Below are positions 60,213-64,000 of a stretch of 64,000 nucleotides of DNA, one piece after another (position 1 is the stretch's first letter; each line of letters opens with the position of its first letter). A program made the position numbers and the translations under genes. The notes under the pieces were generated by a model. It saw only the letters and a list, made by a program, of their open reading frames with translations, had not been told where the DNA came from and did no database searches. The DNA is from an uncultured Bacteroidota bacterium (GTDB lineage Bacteria > Bacteroidota > Bacteroidia > AKYH767-A > JABDAW01), in the NCBI GenBank assembly GCA_903844645.1, contig CAIMUP010000098.1, positions 7,571 through 71,570 on the forward strand, given 5' to 3'.

Positions 60213-60411
60213 TGTGAATTGGAAGGAAATTTTTGTGTGCGAAACCCGTTTTTTTTGTGTTTCAAAGGCAAATTTTTGTGTATCAGACCTAAATTCTTGT
60301 GTATCAAACCTCAAAACTTGTGTATCAAAAGCCAATATTTGTGTATCAAAACTCAATATTTGTGTATCAAAATTGAATAAATCTCCTGAAGTTTTCACCT
60401 TTGATACACAA
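60213..60411. repeat. 21-bp tandem array J, 8 units, with inverted cap
   Basis: tgtgtatcaaa cores at 60213, 60234, 60256, 60277, 60298, 60319, 60340 and 60361. tttgatacaca at 60400-60410 is the reverse complement of the core. Confidence 0.93.
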
Positions 60412-60495
60412 CATTTGAGGTATGATAAGAGGAAAATCAGCATCAGATTACAATTAAAAACCGCTCTCCCGATAAAATAATTGATTGAATGAAGA

Positions 60496-60543
60496 AGCCA
60501 CGAATTTCACGAATTAATATTTTAATTCGTGGAATTCGTGGCT
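60496..60543 (-). terminator. hairpin with 21-nt stem arms downstream of ORF 60567-61535
   Basis: gccacgaatttcacgaattaa-tatt-ttaattcgtggaattcgtggc, 20 of 21 positions paired. Confidence 0.5.
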
Positions 60544-60566
60544 CCATTATTTGCCAAAAAAAGAGA

Positions 60567-61535
60567 CTATTTTTTAGCCGTTTTCCTGATCATTACAGTC
60601 ATCTCCGCAATCCGCAAAGCATCAGGATTTTTAAAAATAAAACGACTCATTCCAGGCGCAATTGCCATCGCCGAATGAGCAGGAAAAGTAATGGCTTCCC
60701 CTTCAATATCAGTACCTGGAATTAATATTATTGCAAAGTCATTTGGATTATAAGCGATCGAACCAATAATAGCCCCATGTATCCCAACATGCCCCAACTG
60801 CAAGGCTTTGCTCTTCTGCTTCTTATGCGTTGGCGGCGTTTGCAGGATGATAAATCCTGCCTTGCGCATCTTCTGGGTATTGCCCCCGTAGTATGCTTTC
60901 AGGAAGTGATAAATCTTCAACAAATCTATCAAACAAGGAGCCCATTTATTGTTACGCAACTGCGTATTTTGCTCCGAAAGGCTGAACTCATTTGCCGCAT
61001 CGTCATCATTCCCCTTCGCCGCGGTATATCGGTTCCCATCTACAGTCATATCAATTTCCTGTTCGATGTTATAATTATGAATCGGACTCGTGATGCCAGG
61101 ATAACTATGATCTTTATCCCAAAATTTCTTGTACATCGCCAGCATCAAATGTGGATTGGTAGGGTAACGGAACCTGCCGGTAACAGTGGGATCGGCACCC
61201 CAATAAGTAAGATTCGCGAACGCAGAAGGACTGCTTTCTTTCAAGAATTGAAAAGCACCCTTCATGTGCGGAATGATAGGACCCATCTGATGATTCCTGC
61301 TCTGGATAGAAATGTGGGCATCATCCAGCTTCGCAATTTTGATGTCGTCAAAGCCTTTCGCAAGAACGCCCTTCGCAATAATAGCTGGAATATCAATACT
61401 CTCCCCTGCGAGGAATATATCGAAGAAACCGCCCACCGGCTGGGCAGCCTTGAAGACAAGCAATGCCTTCGCAAGATCAAATTGACCTAAGAAATCAGAT
61501 TGCATCTCGACGTGTGAATATGGTTTTTTAATCAT
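60567..61535 (-). CDS. hypothetical protein, no recognisable motif
   Basis: 322 aa from MIKKPYSHVE with coding-like composition. The track ORF extends 15 codons further upstream. Confidence 0.6.
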   Translation of the reverse strand: MIKKPYSHVEMQSDFLGQFDLAKALLVFKAAQPVGGFFDIFLAGESIDIPAIIAKGVLAKGFDDIKIAKLDDAHISIQSRNHQMGPIIPHMKGAFQFLKESSPSAFANLTYWGADPTVTGRFRYPTNPHLMLAMYKKFWDKDHSYPGITSPIHNYNIEQEIDMTVDGNRYTAAKGNDDDAANEFSLSEQNTQLRNNKWAPCLIDLLKIYHFLKAYYGGNTQKMRKAGFIILQTPPTHKKQKSKALQLGHVGIHGAIIGSIAYNPNDFAIILIPGTDIEGEAITFPAHSAMAIAPGMSRFIFKNPDALRIAEMTVMIRKTAKK

Positions 61536-61710
61536 GACTATATAATTTTTAATTCGCGGCAAAGATATAAAAAGTAACATGAATACATTTTTGACAATAA
61601 AGTTTTTGATTTTGATATTCAGCGCAATAATGTTTCACATTTTTCACCTTTTTTTAGAGAATGGCACATGGTTATTTCCTTTCGGCACATGTTTGTATTA
61701 TTATTTTGAA

Positions 61711-61750
61711 CAAAAAAAAGAGGGCTGATAAATAATTTATCAGCCCTCTT
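61711..61750 (-). terminator. rho-independent terminator (SOD gene)
   Basis: agagggctgataaa-taa-tttatcagccctct, with a T run on the minus strand (top strand caaaaaaaag). Confidence 0.8.
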
Positions 61751-61771
61751 TTCATTTAATAATTTGATGTA

Positions 61772-62383
61772 TCAACTTTTCATCGCCTCGGCATAACGTC
61801 TGGCTACTTCTGCCCAGTTTACTACATTCCAGAAGGCATCAAGGTAGTCCGCACGGCGGTTTTGGTACTTCAAATAATAAGCATGTTCCCAGACATCCAC
61901 ACCGAGAATCGGTACGCCTTTTACTTCCGCAATATCCATCAACGGATTGTCTTGATTCGGCGTAGAACAAACCTCTAATTTCCCATCTTTGACAATCAAC
62001 CACGCCCATCCGGATCCGAATCTCGTCATACCCGCGCCGCCAATCTGTCCTTTTAATTTGTCGAAATCACCGAAGCCGGAATTAATCGCATCCAACAATT
62101 CTCCGGAAGGCTTACCGCCAGCATTCGGAGCCATGATTTCCCAAAATAAAGAGTGATTGAAATGTCCGCCACCATTGTTCCGAACTGGCATCGGATACTT
62201 GGAAATGTTCTTGATAATTTCGACAATATCTTCCGGCATTTCTTTGCCAGCGGAAGCATTATTGAGGTTCGTAACATACGCTTGGTGATGTTTTCCATGA
62301 TGTATTTCCATGGTTTGCGTGTCGATAAAAGGCTCCAAAGCATTGTAGCTGTATGGAAGCGCAGGAAGTTTAAATGATACCAT
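61772..62383 (-). CDS. Fe/Mn superoxide dismutase
   Basis: [13 protein letters not shown] and DVWEHAYY motifs. Confidence 0.96.
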   Translation of the reverse strand: MVSFKLPALPYSYNALEPFIDTQTMEIHHGKHHQAYVTNLNNASAGKEMPEDIVEIIKNISKYPMPVRNNGGGHFNHSLFWEIMAPNAGGKPSGELLDAINSGFGDFDKLKGQIGGAGMTRFGSGWAWLIVKDGKLEVCSTPNQDNPLMDIAEVKGVPILGVDVWEHAYYLKYQNRRADYLDAFWNVVNWAEVARRYAEAMKS

Positions 62384-62461
62384 AATTTGATTTATTTAAT
62401 TGTTAATATTATTTATTTTATTGGATGCAAAGATAGTTTATTTTCGGATAATGCAATCCGA

Positions 62462-63526
62462 CTATGCCCCACCTTCATTAAGAATTACCGCCAGGACCAC
62501 CTGCCCCACCATCTTCAAGGTATTCTTATCAATAACGCTCATGTTATCGCTATGTTTGTGGTGGTAGTATGGGTAATCACGTTTCTCCGGCTCATAATGA
62601 ACGATGTCTATGCAGGGAATATGCCCATCACGGTTAATAAAGAAGTGATCGTCAATGGTAGTTCCCGTTTGGGTATCAATGAAGTATTCCGAGAAGCCTA
62701 ATTTGCCCGCAACATCCCACACTTTTTGAATGAATGACGGGGCATAATGCATACCTGTTCCTTCCATCGGGAAGATTGGATTCTTGCCGCCCACCATGTC
62801 TAACAAGATGCCGAACGCTGGGTTGTAATTTTGAACATGTGGGTGCTTAATCCAGTATTGTGTGCCGAGACACCAGCTTTCATTATTGTTATTTTCGCCA
62901 TCATCTTCGAGGTCGGAGAAGAAGATGTCAACGCCGTAGCTTGGCTTAGCAATATTTAATTGACGGGCTACTTCAAGAAGCACAGCCACGCCACTTCCGC
63001 CATCATCAGCACCATCAATGGGCTTGTCTTTATCGACAGAATCCATGTCTGCTATTGGGCGGCTATCCCAGTGGGTGAGAAGGAGGATTCGATTCTTTAA
63101 TTCAGGCTTGTAGGAGCCAATGATGTTGGATATATTGAATTGTTTTGTATCATAAGTTGTAACCATTCCATGCTGAACGACGACTTGAAGGTTGTAGGAT
63201 TTTAATTTATTGGTAAGGTATTCTGCGCACTTCTCATGTGCCTTGCTACCAGGAGCCCTTGGACCAAAATCAACTTGTGTTTTTACAAAAGAATATGCTG
63301 AATCAGCATCAAAAGAAGGAGGTGTGATGACAATATCCTTTGGTGCTACAGTGGTTGGTTTATCTGTGTTTTGATTGTTGTTGCATGCGATGAGAAATGT
63401 AAAAACTATTACACTAATAATTTTAAGGATAACAAGTAAAACCAACCACGCAGGATGTAGTTTTCTCAGCAACTTGGGAATGAAAATATTATTCAAAACT
63501 CCACGAAGTTTTTCCATCCTTTTCAT
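62462..63526 (-). CDS. M28 family peptidase (glutaminyl-cyclase-like), lipoprotein
   Basis: Lipobox LIAC, metal-ligand context HWDS...DDGGSG...DLEDDGE...H. Confidence 0.88.
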   Translation of the reverse strand: MKRMEKLRGVLNNIFIPKLLRKLHPAWLVLLVILKIISVIVFTFLIACNNNQNTDKPTTVAPKDIVITPPSFDADSAYSFVKTQVDFGPRAPGSKAHEKCAEYLTNKLKSYNLQVVVQHGMVTTYDTKQFNISNIIGSYKPELKNRILLLTHWDSRPIADMDSVDKDKPIDGADDGGSGVAVLLEVARQLNIAKPSYGVDIFFSDLEDDGENNNNESWCLGTQYWIKHPHVQNYNPAFGILLDMVGGKNPIFPMEGTGMHYAPSFIQKVWDVAGKLGFSEYFIDTQTGTTIDDHFFINRDGHIPCIDIVHYEPEKRDYPYYHHKHSDNMSVIDKNTLKMVGQVVLAVILNEGGA

Positions 63527-64000
63527 CTTTAACAGAGATGTTTAATTGCTTCAATGAATCTCTTATCTTATCAGAAGTGGCGAAGTCTTTCTTTGCTTTT
63601 ACATCTGCACGAATGGATAAAATTAAGTTCATTAAACCATCGGAAATTGAGTTGTCGGAACTACCTTCTGGCTGCAATCCTAAGACATCTATCACGAAGT
63701 CCTGGAAGAGATTTACCAAAGTCTCAAGGTCTTGCTCTGTAATGGTTTCTGTGCCTGCATAAACTGAATTGATGATACGAACTCCTTCAAATAAATTAGC
63801 CAATAAGACCGCAGTATTGAAGTCATCATTCATTGCATCGTAGCAATTCTTCTTCAAGGTTGCAATGTCAGATGTTGTAGTGGCAGATGTTTTAATTTTA
63901 TCAAATAATTCCATACTTGACATTAGCTTTCTGTAACCTTTTTCAGAGGCAGTCAATGCTTCATTAGAGAAATCCAAAGTGCTTCTATAATGAGTTTGCA
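63489..64000 (-). CDS. cysS: cysteine--tRNA ligase, C-terminal part (gene continues beyond the window)
   Basis: MNDDFNTAVLLANLFE anticodon-domain motif and a C-terminal KDFATSDKIRDSLKQLNISVKD (DALR/CysRS tail). The frame is open to position 64000. Confidence 0.85.
   Translation of the reverse strand, partial: QTHYRSTLDFSNEALTASEKGYRKLMSSMELFDKIKTSATTTSDIATLKKNCYDAMNDDFNTAVLLANLFEGVRIINSVYAGTETITEQDLETLVNLFQDFVIDVLGLQPEGSSDNSISDGLMNLILSIRADVKAKKDFATSDKIRDSLKQLNISVKDEKDGKTSWSFE

Overview
64-kb chromosomal segment of a Bacteroidota bacterium, judged from a SusC/SusD pair, GldC, a T9SS C-terminal sorting domain and TAnnTTTG -7 promoter boxes. It carries about 58 protein genes, mostly housekeeping: trpS, gcvP, pheS, rpsT, partial cysS, mutY, lpxK, etfB-etfA, pntAA-pntAB-pntB, Fe/Mn SOD, purine nucleoside phosphorylase, thiolase, M13 and M28 peptidases, rhomboid, cyclophilin, an ABC-2 exporter, two TonB-dependent receptors and two tandem-USP proteins. 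I found no rRNA, tRNA, CRISPR array, cas gene, transposase, integrase or recognisable defence gene. The unusual content is non-coding. Almost every long intergenic spacer holds a tandem array with a period of exactly 21 bp (or 42 bp). Each array has its own unit sequence, usually a conserved core of about 11 bp plus a variable part of about 10 bp. Most arrays are capped or flanked by an inverted copy of their own core. There are 11 clear arrays and 2-3 weak ones, together about 3 kb. Special cases: a palindrome with perfect 97-bp arms next to rpsT; a 42-bp inverted-repeat pair enclosing an array upstream of the M13 peptidase gene; and two arrays with a shared 8-bp core in opposite orientation bracketing the pnt operon. 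Separately, a REP-like hairpin family (cctgacggg-agaaaaa-cccgtcagg) occurs at two loci. At one locus it forms a 41/42-bp inverted-repeat pair around a promoter-like box upstream of a T9SS surface-protein gene, a candidate invertible switch. There is also a decayed remnant of a 2-oxoacid dehydrogenase E1-beta gene, a junction of two gene fragments, and a possible paralogous family of uncharacterised helical/FN3-like proteins. All functional ideas about the arrays are inference. Only their geometry is read directly from the sequence.
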